Positions 1 through 14,501 of a stretch of DNA of 64,000 bases are shown here, one piece after another. Numbering within the stretch: position 1 is the first letter of the stretch; each line of letters begins with the position of its first letter. Origin of the DNA: the human T2T-CHM13v2.0 reference genome, Homo sapiens; NCBI RefSeq assembly GCF_009914755.1, contig NC_060936.1; one strand, given 5' to 3'. The notes beneath the pieces are model-generated. The model was not told the DNA's origin, made no database searches, and saw nothing but the letters and a program-made list of their open reading frames with translations. The position numbers and the translations under genes were made by a program.

Positions 1-1769
1 AGAAAAATGAGATCACACCATTGAGGCATTGAATCAACTCCAGATTGACTGATTCCAGATATTCTGTCTATTAGGATAAAAGCCTATTGTTGAAGTAGAA
101 AGAGTTGAATATCCTGAAACTTGCATCTAAAAGCAATCTCAAAAACACAGCTTCACGTCAATGGAGTTGGCTGCCTTCCTGTTTTGATACCCTGCTCTCT
201 CTGAATTTAAATGATCTTTCACTTCAATTATGAATTTCTTATTTATTTATGTAAGCCAATTTGTATGAAGGTATCTGTTCCCCTTCAAAGAATACACACA
301 CTTGACCCAAAAAAACTGAATGAGTTATACTAAGGATCTAAACCCATGTGGCCCAGCCCATAGTCTAATATGAGAAACAAGTAAGAGATTCTAAAAGTTC
401 TCGAGCAATTTCTTGAATAGAGGAGAAAAGTAACTTTAGTTGTTCTGGTAAGTGTACTTTGGATCCCATTAAATGAAAGATATTAAGAGAAAAATGCATC
501 ATATCTAAATGTAGACATTACTTTGCTACTCTCTTTTACCTGTTGTAGTATTAGTAGCTGAATTTCTATATGAGGATTAAGATACTCCTAAGTATTACTA
601 CAACATAAATACAAATAGGGTATGTCGTTAATTTTTAAGATGGAGCCAGGTATTTTGGTGTTTAGGGTCCTTAAGGGGAGATAGATGATAGATGATAGAC
701 AGATAATTTTATTATTTATAAATAGTATTTTATAACAATATGTTATAATGCATATGTACAAATTAATATATTTTTGCTTTACTATAATACATATACATAT
801 ATTTTCTTTTTTTTTTTGGTCCTTACAGTCACATATCTGCCCTCAGTCCTTCTTTATTCTCTTTTGAATCCCAGCAGGCTACTCTGTGGAGATGCATCAT
901 AATCAGCTTACCTCTTCTTTGCCTTTAGATTAGAAAGGAATCACTTGCAGGAAACCAGGAGAAGGTAGGAGAGCAAGATCCATGCATTTGTGCTTCAGAC
1001 ATCTCATTGCTGGATTATTACAACTGATGGAACTTTACAGCAGCAATGAGCCTCTCCATGCACCCTTCCTGGCCGCCTCCTGCCCTGATGCCTGGGTGTG
1101 GTAAGAACTCCCACCACAGTTGGATTTAAGTAACTGTAATATCCTGTGCGGTTTGCTTTACAATCTGTCAACGTCTTTGTAGATGGTCCCTTTATTAATC
1201 TATCTTTCAATTATCTTCATTTGCATGTGCCAGGTGTTTCCTGCTGAGCCCCTGAATTACAGGATTAATAACAGAATTTTCTTGCCTTTTTATGTTCAAG
1301 TAATTTGCTATTATTTAAACAATAACAAAGATTTTGAAAATTGGCTGAGGAGCACGGACATTGTGTATTTGGTTCAATTTTCTGAAAAGACAGTATTGCA
1401 GCTTTAGTTTTCATGCTCACTTGTCTTTATTAAAGGAGCTCTATAAAAGTTCCACTGAGAACCACAATGGCATCTCTCTTCACTCTTGATATAACCTTGA
1501 GAAAGCCCCGTGTAATTTCTTATTTCCACATCGTCCTAGAAACTCTAAATCTTCCTGCCCCTGTCAACAAATCAGTTTTATAAAGATGAGAAATGTGCGT
1601 TCAAGTTCTTTTAAAGGTTCTGTGTTAAAGAATTCCACATTTTGCAATCATTTTAGACATCTTTGCAGCTGGAAAAGTCACCACTCGTAAGAGGTTAAAG
1701 AATATTTTCAAGCTATAAAAAGCTTTCATCTAAATTATTGAGTCAAAGGTTATTTCCTCCATAGATTAA

Positions 1770-2168
<399 letters not shown>

Positions 2169-3069
2169 TTAAATCCCCAACTTTCTAACAAGACCTGTTC
2201 CAGACTAACATTTAGAACCTTTCCAGACCATTAAATCAGAACTAGATTCAAGTGAGAAGTATTTCTCTAATTGTTCCATGATTTGCAGTAGATACATTTA
2301 TTTTTTAAAGTGAACAAGTTGCTGACTCTTCTCGGACCAATCTACATCTGCTGCAAAATTCACTTTTCACCAACTGTATTTTTCTGCAACGGTGTTTCTC
2401 CATCCCAACGCCATGATCGTGCATCAATCCTTTCCTCAGAATTTAAAGAAATGAAGGTATCCCAAAGCATCGCAGATGTAGGACAAGTGGGTCCTTATAT
2501 TTGAAATTAAGTTCATTCGTAGAAAATTACATGAGCTACGTGCTTTGTACATTTGAATTCATGGTCTGAAAATGTTTACAAATTTTCTTTATAGTATATT
2601 CTTAAGGGTTTGGTGCATAGATCTATGCCTATAGCTTTATAAACACACACATGCATACATATACAAAAATAAAAAGACATATAAATAAAAGAGGAGGAGA
2701 GGAAACAAAAAGATATGAAAGGCTGTGAGCATAGATGTTTAAAGATAAACTGAGGAAGCTAATACCCAATCTTGTTTCCCTGCACAGACTACATTATAAT
2801 TGCCCAAACTAAAAGCAGCCCCTGATAAATGCAGAGCCTGCTCAAACACAACCAGTCACTCAATGCTGGAACAAATAATGGGCAACCAAAAAGACAATTG
2901 ATCATATATGTTATTTGCATCACATCAATAAATCCTTTAGAGATGTTATAAACTTTTCATTGCAAGTCCTGTATTACACGTAATAGACAAAGAAGAAAGA
3001 ACATGATCACTTTTTCCCCCTGAAGCTGGAAGTCCTGATTTTTATGTTCAAAGGAAGCAATTGTTTGCA

Positions 3070-4172
<1,103 letters not shown>

Positions 4173-4382
4173 TCAGTACTGCTCCCAATAGGAGTACAGT
4201 TGAACATGTCTGCTCAGGGAATTCCCATTGTATAAAGAAAGGAAATAAAAGGGGAACGCTTCCTGAGAGTTCAGGAATGCCAGGTGAAGGAGCTGCAGGA
4301 AAAACCCACTGCTGCTGAATGTTGTATTGAATAACATTTAAATTCTAATGTCTGGAAGAAGCAAAAGGCATGTTGAGCAATT

Positions 4383-4514
4383 GCTAAGACAGAGGAGAAT
4401 CACTTGAACCCAGGAGGAGAAGGTGGCAGTGAGCTGAGATCACACCACTGCACTCTGCACTCCAGCCTGGGTGACAGAGTGAGACTCTGTATCAAAAACA
4501 AAAACAAAAACAGA
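4383..4514 (+). mobile_element. Alu right-arm fragment
   Basis: ggagaatcacttgaacccaggagg...ctccagcctgggtgacagagtgagactctgt plus (CAAAAA)n tail. Confidence 0.9.
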
Positions 4515-4704
4515 ACATGTTATGTTTTATACATTACTTATGACTATTACTGAAATCAACTTTATCTTGGGGAATTTATGCTGACTCTTACAAATATTAA
4601 AAATTAATTAATAGGTTGAAATATGAGCAACAAGTAAAACAGCCTGCACATTGTTACAGGGAGGTGAGTAGATGGGAGAAGCAGGCTGTGGACCAACTTA
4701 CTTA

Positions 4705-4931
4705 ACAAATGTTACCTATTATGACCTACAAGTGTTACATAATATGACCTACAAATGTTACATGCTATGACCTACAAATATTACATACCATGACATGCAA
4801 ATGTCACGTTATGACCTACAAATATTATATGTTGTGACTTACGAATGTTATATACTATAACACACAAGTGTTACACACTATGACCTACAAATGTTACATA
4901 TTATGACATGCAAATGTTACCTACTATGACC
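4705..4931. repeat. 23-bp minisatellite, about 10 copies (consensus atgacctacaaatgttacatayt)
   Basis: Units read directly from 4721 onward; one unit is 21 bp. Confidence 0.92.
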
Positions 4932-5214
4932 TTGGAAAATCTACACACTCATCAACCCCACTAGTTGGCTCAGTTGTTTGTAAACAGTGAAGAAGAGAAT
5001 CTGTGAAATTCTCTCCCCAAAAACGCATGTCTCTAAAGCCATGGGATTCCGGGCAGAAGATATCAATGATTCCTTCTCTGAAAATTATCATCTCCCAATA
5101 ATCTTTATAGTGAGTGAGCCTGTTTCTTTGTGAGTCAGGGGCTGTGGGCTGTCTACCCTCAGCCCATTCAGCACAGAAGACAGTGAGCAATCACAATCAG
5201 AGAAATGACTCCCT

Positions 5215-5570
5215 GCCATTCATTGATGCACCTATCTATCCATTCATTCTAAGCAGCATTGCTGAGCACTGAATACATTTAGGTTTTGTTTCAGGTAGTG
5301 AAGAGAGATGACTGAGACACCGGCTCATCCTCAGCAACCTCACAGTCTGTTGGCAAGACAGCTTAAGACAGAAAGTTATAGTACTACACAACATGTGTGA
5401 TGCAATTACTTGCACTATGCTCAGTGTCGGCTCATCCTCAGCAACCTCACAGTCTGTTGGCAAGACAGCTTAAGACAGAGAAAGTTATAGTACTACACAA
5501 CATGTGTGATGCAATTACTTGCACTATGCTCAGTGTGAAAACAGAGGGGCAATGGATCCAGGGGAAACAG
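5215..5570 (-). mobile_element. L2 3'-end relic containing a recent tandem duplication
   Basis: cattcatt start followed by degenerate L2-like sequence. Confidence 0.55.
5321..5536. repeat. Head-to-tail tandem duplication (107 and 109 bp copies)
   Basis: 5321-5427 equals 5428-5536 except for a 2-bp AG indel. Confidence 0.97.
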
Positions 5571-5599
5571 CAATGGACTATGAGAAACACCAGCTGGTT

Positions 5600-5810
5600 G
5601 GGTGATACAAGCCCAAGCTCTGCAGCCAAGCCCCAGCTCCAGCATGGAGTAGCTCTGGGACCTGGGGCAAGTCACCACCTTCTCTGTGCATCAATTTCCT
5701 TACTTGTAAAATAGGTATGTTATCAGTAGTTTACCTCTTTGGGTTAAATGATGCAATTTATGTAAAGCGGAGTCTAGTACATATTTAGTGGGGGTCAATA
5801 GAGGTTATTA
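5600..5810 (+). mobile_element. MIR relic
   Basis: ggcaagtcaccaccttctctgtgcatcaatttccttacttgtaaaatagg MIR core. Confidence 0.7.
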
Positions 5811-6007
5811 TGTTGAGTCCTACCTGGGGATTCAGGCAGGAAAAATTGATCAGTGACTCTTAAGGGCGTACAGCAGGTGATATACTCTGGAGGGGTGTGT
5901 ATTTTTATTTTGGTAAAGCATTTCACTACTAAAAATAATTGAATACTGGGATAAGATTAGACAGACCTTATTTTTCATATGCAAACTAAAAAATGCAGAC
6001 TCAAACA

Positions 6008-6365
6008 AAGGGTTAGTAAACTTTTGCTGTAGAGTTGAATAGCAAACAGTTTAAGTTTCTTGGGTTTTACAGCTGCTTCTTCTTCTTCTTCTTCCTCTTC
6101 TTCTCCTTCCTCTTCTTCTCCTCCTCCTCATATTCCTCCTCTGCCTCCTTCCTCCTTCTCTTTCTCCCCTTCTTTTGCTCCTCCTCCTCTTTCTTTTCAT
6201 CCTCTTCATCTCCTCCTCCCTTTCTTTCCTCTTCCTTTTCTTCTCCTATACAACTTTTTTAAAAATGTAAAACCAACTCTTAGTTCAAAGGCTGAACAAA
6301 AACAGGCTATCAGCTGGAATTGACCCCCAAACTGAATTTGTTTGTGGGCAGACTTTGCTGACCCC
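6008..6365. mobile_element. MER58C-like hAT MITE with internal (CTT/CCT)n expansion at 6075-6247
   Basis: Termini gggttagtaaactttt and tttgctgacccct; internal aaaaatgtaaaaccaactcttag. Confidence 0.7.
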
Positions 6366-7429
6366 TTTTCGACATAGTATTCAAGTCTAGTGGCTATCTG
6401 AAAATAGAGTAATAATTCTCAGTGAAGAGAGCTTGGAAATAGTGGACATGCCTACCCTAGTGTATCTAGGGGAGGCAGAGCAGAATCTCAAGGTATGAGA
6501 ATGGTCATTTTATTTATTCACTAAAGAATGAAAGATACTTTTTTTGAAAATAAGAAATTCCATCCTTAAAACCATTGGGATAAAGGAAGCTCTTAGAGAT
6601 AATACAAAGGATGAAGATTTCAGCCATTGTTGCTCAACAAAGGACCCAAGTTTGGGACCACAGGAATCTATACATGAGGATCAGGTTGACCTACAAGCCA
6701 GGGCTTTCAGTCCTGAGGGGAAATGGACAGATGGCCACTTCATTCTGTCTCAAACAAAGATATTCAGGTAATATGAGGTTAAGCTTTGCTAAATCTCCAG
6801 GATGCATCTTTGGTTTCCTGTGTGGTGGGACAAAGGATCTTTAGACCGCACCTGAAGGGAGAGAAGCTATTGGTAAGTTAGGAGGGCACCCCTCTCACCA
6901 CCATGTTGAATTCAATTAAATCACTTTCAGTACTTGTCTTTGTTAAGGTGTAGCACTTGAGAAACAACAGAGCTGAATCAGAAGACCATGTGTGCAGTGG
7001 TGTCCTAGGCAATGATGGCATCACAGAAAACATGACAGAAAGGAGGAGAGACTGGGCATGCCTGCATCTGGCTGCCTTTGGCTTTCTTTATAACTCTTGG
7101 AGGTGCCATAGACCAAAGGGGCTCTTGGATGTTGCTTGTGAAATGCAATAACTTTTATTCATAGAAATGACATCAGTGATTGGCACCAACATTAAAATAA
7201 AAAACATAAATGTGACATGTGCACTATACCCATTAACATAGTCTACCCAAGCCCAGGAATGTTCTCTTTGTTTTCTTTATTGTGGTCTAACTAACTGTTC
7301 TCAACATCAGTTGTATACTAAAATCAACTCAGGAGATTTAAAATATCACTGTTTCTTAGATCTCATCCTGAGAGACACTAATTCAATGTTCTAGACATCA
7401 GTACCTTTTAAAAAGCTTCTCAGTAATTA

Positions 7430-8085
7430 TAAAACCAGATGCAGAGAAGGGTATGGAAAAGGGACGTTGAAAAGAGGTTGATCAATGGATAGAATACATA
7501 GTCAGACAGAAGAAGCAAGACCCAGTGTTTGATAGGTCAGTAGCATAACCATAGCTAATAATAATTTATTCTATATCTCAAAATAGCTAGAAGAGAAGAA
7601 TTGGAATGTTTTTGACACAAAGAAAATATACATATTTGAAGTTACGGATATTCCAGTTACTGTGATTTGACTATTACACATCGTATACATGTATCAAAAT
7701 ATTACATGTATCTCAAAAATATGTACAATAGCTGAGTACAATGGCTCACTATAATTTCTATAATCCCAGCATTTTGGGAGGCCAAGGTGAGAGAACTGCC
7801 TGAGCCCAGGAGTTTGAGGCTGCAGTGAGTTAAGATTGTGCCACTGCATTCCAATGTGGAAGACAGAACAAGACTCTCCATGAAAGAAAGAAAGAAATTA
7901 AAAGAAAGAAAGCAAAAGAAGGAAAGAAAGAGAGAAATAGAGAAAGAGAGAAAGAAAGAAAGAAGGAAAGAAAGAAAGAGAAAGAAAGAAGGAAAAGAAA
8001 GAAAGGAGGGAGGGAGGGAAGGAAGGAAGGAGAAAGGGAAGGGAAGGAAGGAAAAAATGTACAAATATATATCAATAAGAAAAAA
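7430..8085 (+). mobile_element. L1MA-type 3' end interrupted by an Alu monomer
   Basis: aaaatagctagaagagaagaattggaatg; aaaatatgtacaa and aaaaatgtacaa flank the Alu. Confidence 0.75.
7731..8055 (+). mobile_element. FLAM-like Alu monomer with expanded (GAAA/GGAA)n tail
   Basis: Left-monomer start runs straight into gagtttgaggctgcagtgag; purine tract 7883-8055. Confidence 0.85.
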
Positions 8086-9660
8086 CTTATTTTAAAAACT
8101 CTGCTGAAAATTCATTGACCAGAAATAGTCACATGACCTCACCCAGCCAGCACCAGCAATCCTTAGCCCATGAGGTGAAGAGTCCCTGTGTTTGGTGAAC
8201 AGCACCCATGAGAGCAATGCTATCCTGCGCACAAGCAGAAGAAAGAAGAATCTATGAAAGAGAGAGTTGAGGGAAGGGGGAGTTAGGAAGCAAACAGCCT
8301 GCTATAATGCAGTGCAAGTATGGTATAAACTCTATTATTCACTGAGTGGGAACCACACAACTTCCGCTTGCATAGACATAGGACCAGCAGGCATCCGAGT
8401 TGTTTCTATTGCTTCTTTGGAAATGCCTTTTCTTCTAACTCAGAAACAGGCCTACACCTCTTTAATTCCACAAGTGGAAATATGTTCCATAGAGAAGAGG
8501 TAGTTTGTTTTACTGCTTCTTCCTAACTAGCTGACCCAGCCGATGCCTGCAGATGCTTCAGTAGTTTTCAAGTGTTGATGGCATCCACAAAGCTGGGAGC
8601 TCACTCATCAGATTCTCTGGAAGGGATTCCTTCAAGTGGACCTGCTAATTTGCATAAACGCTCATCTTAAGGCGTGCATACTAAGCTCACCCCATCCAAT
8701 ATGTCTCCTTGCATTTGGAATACTTTGTATTGGATTTTAAAACATCAGAAAACACCTAGACTTATTTCCAAAGATGTGTGAGTCTCTGAGGTGCAGGACA
8801 GAAATTTGTTTTTTGTTTTGTTTTGTTTTGTTTATAACCACTCTATCCAGACAGAAGGCCGGGGATGGTTTGCAGCCTCCAGCGTTATTCTCTTTTCATT
8901 TAGTAAATGGGAGCTATAGGACAGTGGGTACTTCTAAACTGTGTGCATATATTTCTCGGAATGGCTGCATTTCATTCATTGCAGCCAGAGATGCTAACGC
9001 CTCATGCTGAAATAGGGATCCAAGATTCATCAAAACCGGCCACCAGGCACAGGCTAAGATGAAATAAAGTAAAACATCCTGAAGCACCTTGGGAGTCATT
9101 TTCAAAAATATAAATAAAGTAACCTGTATCAGTTAGAATAGCTGTGAGAAATAGTTCATTCAAATGAGTGACTAAAGAGATTGGGAAAATTAACAGTGAT
9201 CCTGTTAGTGTAACAGGAACAAAAACAAGATTGGGAAGCACCCAGGAGAAGCCCCTACTGTTCTTCATCCTGAAGCGGGAAATGGAAGAGAGCTGGTTCT
9301 AGGTCCTGAAGAAATCCAGGAGACAGCCTCCCTCAAGGACAAGGCTGTGTCCTCATGTTGAGGAGCATAAACGGCAATGCTGAGCAGCGACACCACTGGG
9401 GCAGAGCCAGGAGGATCAACACTCTGAGCTCTCTCCTGCCACCCTCTGACCTTCTGGGAGTTTCTCTCATGGCCTGACCACAACTGGCAGCAAACTGCAG
9501 CCCTCCATCTCCCAGGGTGCAGAGCAGGAAGTAGGATTAACAAAAAAATACATCTTTGAGGGGCCAGCAGGAAATATCCAGGCATAACTCAAAGACCAAC
9601 ATACTTGTTTTACAAAACAGAAGCCTCTGATGATGAGTGTTATTGAACTTTCTCGCATAA

Positions 9661-10270
9661 TTGTGGAAAGCAGTGTGGTGATTCCTCAAAGAATTAAAAA
9701 CAGAACTACCATTTGACCCAGCAATCCAATTATTGGGTAGTAAGGAATATAAATTGTTCTACCATAAAGAAACATGTACACGTAGGTTCACTGAAGTACT
9801 ATTCGCAATAGCAAAGACATGGAATCAACCTCAATGCCCATCAACAATAGACTAGATAAAGAACATATGGTACATTTATACCATGGAATATTATGCAGCA
9901 GTGAAATGAATGAGATCATGTCCTTTGCAGGAACATGGATGGAGCTGGAGACCATTATCGTTAGTGAAAGAATGCAGAAATAGAAAACCAAATACTGCAT
10001 GTTCTCGCTTATATGGGGGAGCTAAATAATGAGAACCAATAGACACAAAGAGGGGAACAGCCAACACTGGGACCTACTTAAAGGAGGAAGATGGAAGGAG
10101 ACAGAGGATCAAGAAAAATAACTGTCGGGTACCATGCTTATTACCTGAGAGATGAGATGGTCTGTACCCCAAACCCCTATGACATGAGTTTGCCTGTATT
10201 AACAAACCTGCACATGTAACCCTTGAACCTAAAATCAAAGTTTAAAACAAATAAATAAAAAGAAAACAAA
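9661..10270 (+). mobile_element. Older L1PA/L1PB 3' end
   Basis: ggaaagcagtgtggtgattcctcaaag...aacctgcacatg plus A-rich tail. Confidence 0.9.
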
Positions 10271-10549
10271 TACCTTTCTATGACAAGCTGCAAATTTCAG
10301 ATCTCTTCTTTTACTCATACTGAATCTTTTCAGCTTCTACTGGGCAGTGAGCCTGCAAATATAACAAGAGAAAATGAGCGGGAATGAGTCAGCCAGCAAA
10401 AAGGAGGTAAGCAGGGTCTGCTGGAGACATCACTAAATGAATACTAATGCATGGTATGAGGGTCTCAACTTGTGGATCCAGGGTTTTTGTTCCACAGGCA
10501 GATTAGCATGAGATGCCATTGAATCTGGTGTTTTTCCAAGTTTAGTAGT

Positions 10550-10629
10550 TTAGAGATAGAATTACACTGTTTTACTACATTGATTATTTCATAGTTAACT
10601 TCTTAGTAAGGGGGAATGCTAACCTATGG
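10550..10629 (+). repeat. 80-bp unique segment, duplicated at 12638-12715
   Basis: Direct alignment shows 2 substitutions and one 2-bp indel. Confidence 0.95.
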
Positions 10630-11637
10630 AGCGTTGGTGACAGACACACTCATTATAATGCCTCACTGCTGACAATTTAAAAAAGAAGGTGAAGAAAGAA
10701 AAGAATATGATCCATTCTTGTTAAGAGCTCCAGTTGGTGTGAAGGCAGTAAGTGTGGTACTAGTGAGGGGAGCCAGGTAGATCACCACAGGACAGAGGAC
10801 AGACCTCAGGTCAGGGGCTGAAGACGTGTGCTTTCAGAAGTCAGATGGGTGGATGAACTGGAAAGGATTAAGGCAATAAGGAATGGTGGGAGTTTTCTTC
10901 AACTGGAGAATTTTACCCTGTCTAAAAATCATATAAACCCATATATTTTCTTTAAACCATGCACAGCCCAATAAATATTTTCAGAGAAAATTTAGCAGCC
11001 AGTATTGATTTTTATTGTTCCTGTGATTGTCATTGTTGTTGCTTCTTCATCTTAGAGACATCAAGGGCATAGCCAAAATCATAGAGAAGCAATGACCTTC
11101 TAATCCTCAATGGAGTTAAATTCCCCCAAATCCCCAGGGACTGGAACTCAGATGAAGCTTCAGGAGTTCACAACCTTCTCAGACATAAATAATACAGATG
11201 TCATCACTAGTGAGGGAGAGCTCAGCTCAGCGGAACCCAACATATGAGATAATAGGAGACTGCATCACAGAACACTAGGGCACTGTGTCCACCCACAACA
11301 ATGGGTCAGCGACGGACAACACAGTGCAGACTGAGGGGTCAGGGCACGCTTCATGGAAGAGGTGGGACGTGAGATAGAAAGGATGTTGGAGCTGAGAGGT
11401 GGCTGCTCCTCGGGGCTCTAGATCAGTGTTTTCAATGTCCTAAAGACATTTCAAAAGTCACAGACCTCAGGGGAGCTTGATTTCTCTCACAAAGCTCTTC
11501 TCACTTTAGGGAATCTGGTTGTGGGTATCAATAACCGCCTTCCCAGGATCAGGGACTAAAAGCATTCTAGTCATTTGACATTTTTTCCTCCCTTTCTTGT
11601 TCCACAGGCAATGGATCTTTAAAACTTGTTAATTCAG

Positions 11638-12533
11638 GTTATTATCAAAAAGCCAAAAAATAGGAAGCAGCAGGCAGCAAGGATATAGAGAAAAGAGAAC
11701 ACTTGTGTGCTGTGGGTGAAAATGCAAATTAACAAAGTTATTAAGGATAATGGTATGGCAGTTCTCCAAAAAACTAGAAATAGCATTATCATACTGTCCA
11801 GCAATCCTACTTCTGAGTATTTACCCAAAAGATTTGAAGTTAGTTTATCGATGAGATCTCTGTACTTCCACGATCATTGTAGCACTAGCCACAACAGCCA
11901 AGATGCAGAACCAAACTGAGTGTCCATCAACAGATGGAGGGATTTTTAAAAATGTGAAAAATCTAAAAATTTAAATGTGTGTTTGTGCCTTGTGTGTGTA
12001 TACACAATGGAATACTACGCAGCCTTAAAACAGAAGGGATTTCTGCCATTTGCCACAACAGGTATGAAACTAGAGGACATTATGATAAATGAAATGATCC
12101 AGGCACAGAAAGATAAATATTGCAGTTCTCACTTATATGTGGAATCCAAAACAATCAAATTATAGAAGCAGAGAGTAAAATGGTGGTTCCAGATGCTAGA
12201 GGGGAGATGGTAATGGGCAGATGATGGTTAAAGGGTACAAATCTCAGTTAGACAAGAGGAATCTTTTTATTTTTTTGAGACCTATTGCACAACATGGTGA
12301 ACATAGTCAATAACAGGGTATTGTACATTGAAACATCACTAAAAGAGTAAATGTTAAATGTTCTCACCACAAAAACTATTTAAGTATTTGAGATGATAGA
12401 TATACTAATTAACTTGATTTAATTATTCAACGCTGTATTCATGGATCATAATATCACTTTGTACCCCGTAAACGTATGCAAGTATGAATTGTCAATGTAC
12501 AGCAAAATAAAAAAAAAAACAAATTTAGAAAAG
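11638..12533 (+). mobile_element. L1MA 3' fragment with TSD
   Basis: L1 3' sequence with poly-A; 15-bp TSD aacttgttaattcag on both sides. Confidence 0.9.
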
Positions 12534-12637
12534 AACTTGTTAATTCAGCTTCCACCATAACCCTCTCACCATTCCTTCCTCACTTGAAGCCCTGAGCTTT
12601 TTTCCTGGCCATTGTGCCGGGTCCTCACCAACGTCTC

Positions 12638-12715
12638 TTAGAGATAGAATTACACTTTTACTACATTGATTATTTCATAGTTAACTTCTTAGTTAGGGGG
12701 AATGCCAACCTATGG
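12638..12715 (+). repeat. Second copy of 10550-10629
   Basis: ttagagatagaattacac...aacctatgg. Confidence 0.95.
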
Positions 12716-12747
12716 CTTCTACTTCCTTGTGTCAATCCATTCCATTG

Positions 12748-13150
12748 TTTAAAAAAATTCAATAGGTTTTTGGGGAACAGGTGGTGTTTGATTACATGAA
12801 TAAGTTCTTCGGTAGTGATTTCTGAGATTTTTGGTGCACCCATCACCTAAGCAGTGTACACTGTACCCAGTGTGTAGTCTTTTATCCTTCCTCCCCCTAC
12901 CACCCTTCCCCCTGAGTCCTCAGAGTCCATTGTATCATTCTTATGCCTTTGTGTCCTCATAGCTTGGCTCCCACTTGTAAGTGAGAACATATGATGTTTG
13001 GTTTTCCATTCCTGAGTTGCTTCACTTAGAATAATGATATCCAACTCCATCCAGGTTGCTGCAAATGCCATTATTTTGTTCCTGTTTATGGCTGAGTAGT
13101 ATTGCATAGTACATATATACATTTTCTGTATCCTCTCTTTGATTGATAGG
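12748..13150 (-). mobile_element. L1PB 3' end
   Basis: ggaacaggtggtgtttgattacatgaataagttc...ggtgcacccatcacc. Confidence 0.9.
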
Positions 13151-13222
13151 GGGATACTGAGCCTAATTTTCTGAAAGTTCTGATCATTTTGCTGTTTCCT
13201 TCTCAAGTGCCAGGCGAGGTGT

Positions 13223-13724
13223 CCGGCGAGGTGTCACAGCCCTGGCAGTAGAGAGTGGTTCGCTCATGGGTAGCAAGAAGAATTTACCAACAACAGCATA
13301 GGCTTGAAATGGAATATCGTATTAGATGGAAAGAAACGCTGCAGCCGAGTGCAGAGGGGCATCTCAGCAAGAGAGGACTAAGTGCACTGCGGTGGATTGT
13401 CCTTCGTGGTATTGATGGACCTTTCAGTCTGATTGAGATGGGAGGGTTACGCTAGGTTTCTCCGGGTTCTCCAGATGCATCTAGAAAGTGACAGGATTGT
13501 GTCAGGAGCTTAAGGGTAATTTGAACCTGGACTGTATTAGTTATGTAGGTCATGGTAGCTATTACATTTGTAGATGTTTTGGCACCTTGATGTCAGCAAA
13601 GGTTGCATAATGGGTTTTGACATGCATGCATTCTGGAGATGTATAGAAATTCCAGTTATTATAAATTCTTGGGAAAGAATTCTTGGTCGGCTTGATGGCC
13701 ACCAGCTGATCTTTGCTCTCTTCA
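13223..13724 (-). mobile_element. ERV solo LTR, LTR47-like
   Basis: Matches recalled LTR47 segments (aagaagaatttacc, cttaagggtaatttg, gatctttgctctcttca); subfamily unverified. Confidence 0.65.
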
Positions 13725-14176
13725 TCAAGAACCATGAAATGCCCCTGATTGCTCACAAACAAGAGCCCTGACTCATCAGCATGGCTGTCCAATCCACCAA
13801 AGCAACTTGCTTCCACCTCCCCAGTCTCTCTTCTTAGAGGCAGACTCACTTGGCCTGAGCTTGTCCTTGTGAAATGGCCTGAGGTTCCCTGGACACTTGT
13901 GCAGCGGCATGGTCCTTCTTCATGCCCTTCCTTCCATAAGTCACTCTCGAGCCAGACAGCGAGCCAGACAGTGGGTTTAAACCTGAGCTGCACCTCATGC
14001 TGGCTGGGTTTCCTTTGGTGAGTTTACTTAACCGGTTTCAGCCTCAAGTTCTTCATCTGATAAATGGGGATAATAATACTGATATCACAGGGTTGCTATG
14101 GAGCTAACAACACAATGCAAAATTCCAAGCACATAAGGTGTAAGCATACATGTCAGTGAGTGGTATTTTGTTTCTG

Positions 14177-14182
<6 letters not shown>

Positions 14183-14223
<41 letters not shown>

Positions 14224-14501
14224 TTAAGACAGCCTCCCTCTGTCTCCCAGGCTGGAGTGCAATGGCATGATCTCGGCTCACTGCAACCTCCACCTCCTGA
14301 GTTCAAGCAATTCTTTGTCTCAGCCTCCTGAGTAGCTGGGATTACAGGTGCCTGCCACTACACCTGGCTAATTTTTGTATTTTTAGTACAGATGGGGTTT
14401 CACCATCTTGGCCAGGCTGGTCGTGAACTCCTGACTTCACGATCCACCTCCTCAGCCTCCCAAAGTGCTGGAATTACAGGCGTGAGCCACTGCACCCGGC
14501 C
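14183..14501 (-). mobile_element. AluS with (ATTT)n tail
   Basis: Alu dimer; TSD tgtttctgttattt. Confidence 0.96.

Noticed and set aside
4217-4226. Perfect palindromic kB site GGGAATTCCC
   Set aside because: Isolated single motif with no supporting cluster
4705-4931. CRISPR-like regular repeat
   Set aside because: Units are contiguous with no unique spacers, and the context is eukaryotic; it is a minisatellite
10487-11610. 14-bp match ttgttccacaggca at 10487 and 11597
   Set aside because: Several 14-mer matches are expected by chance in 64 kb, and the match does not extend
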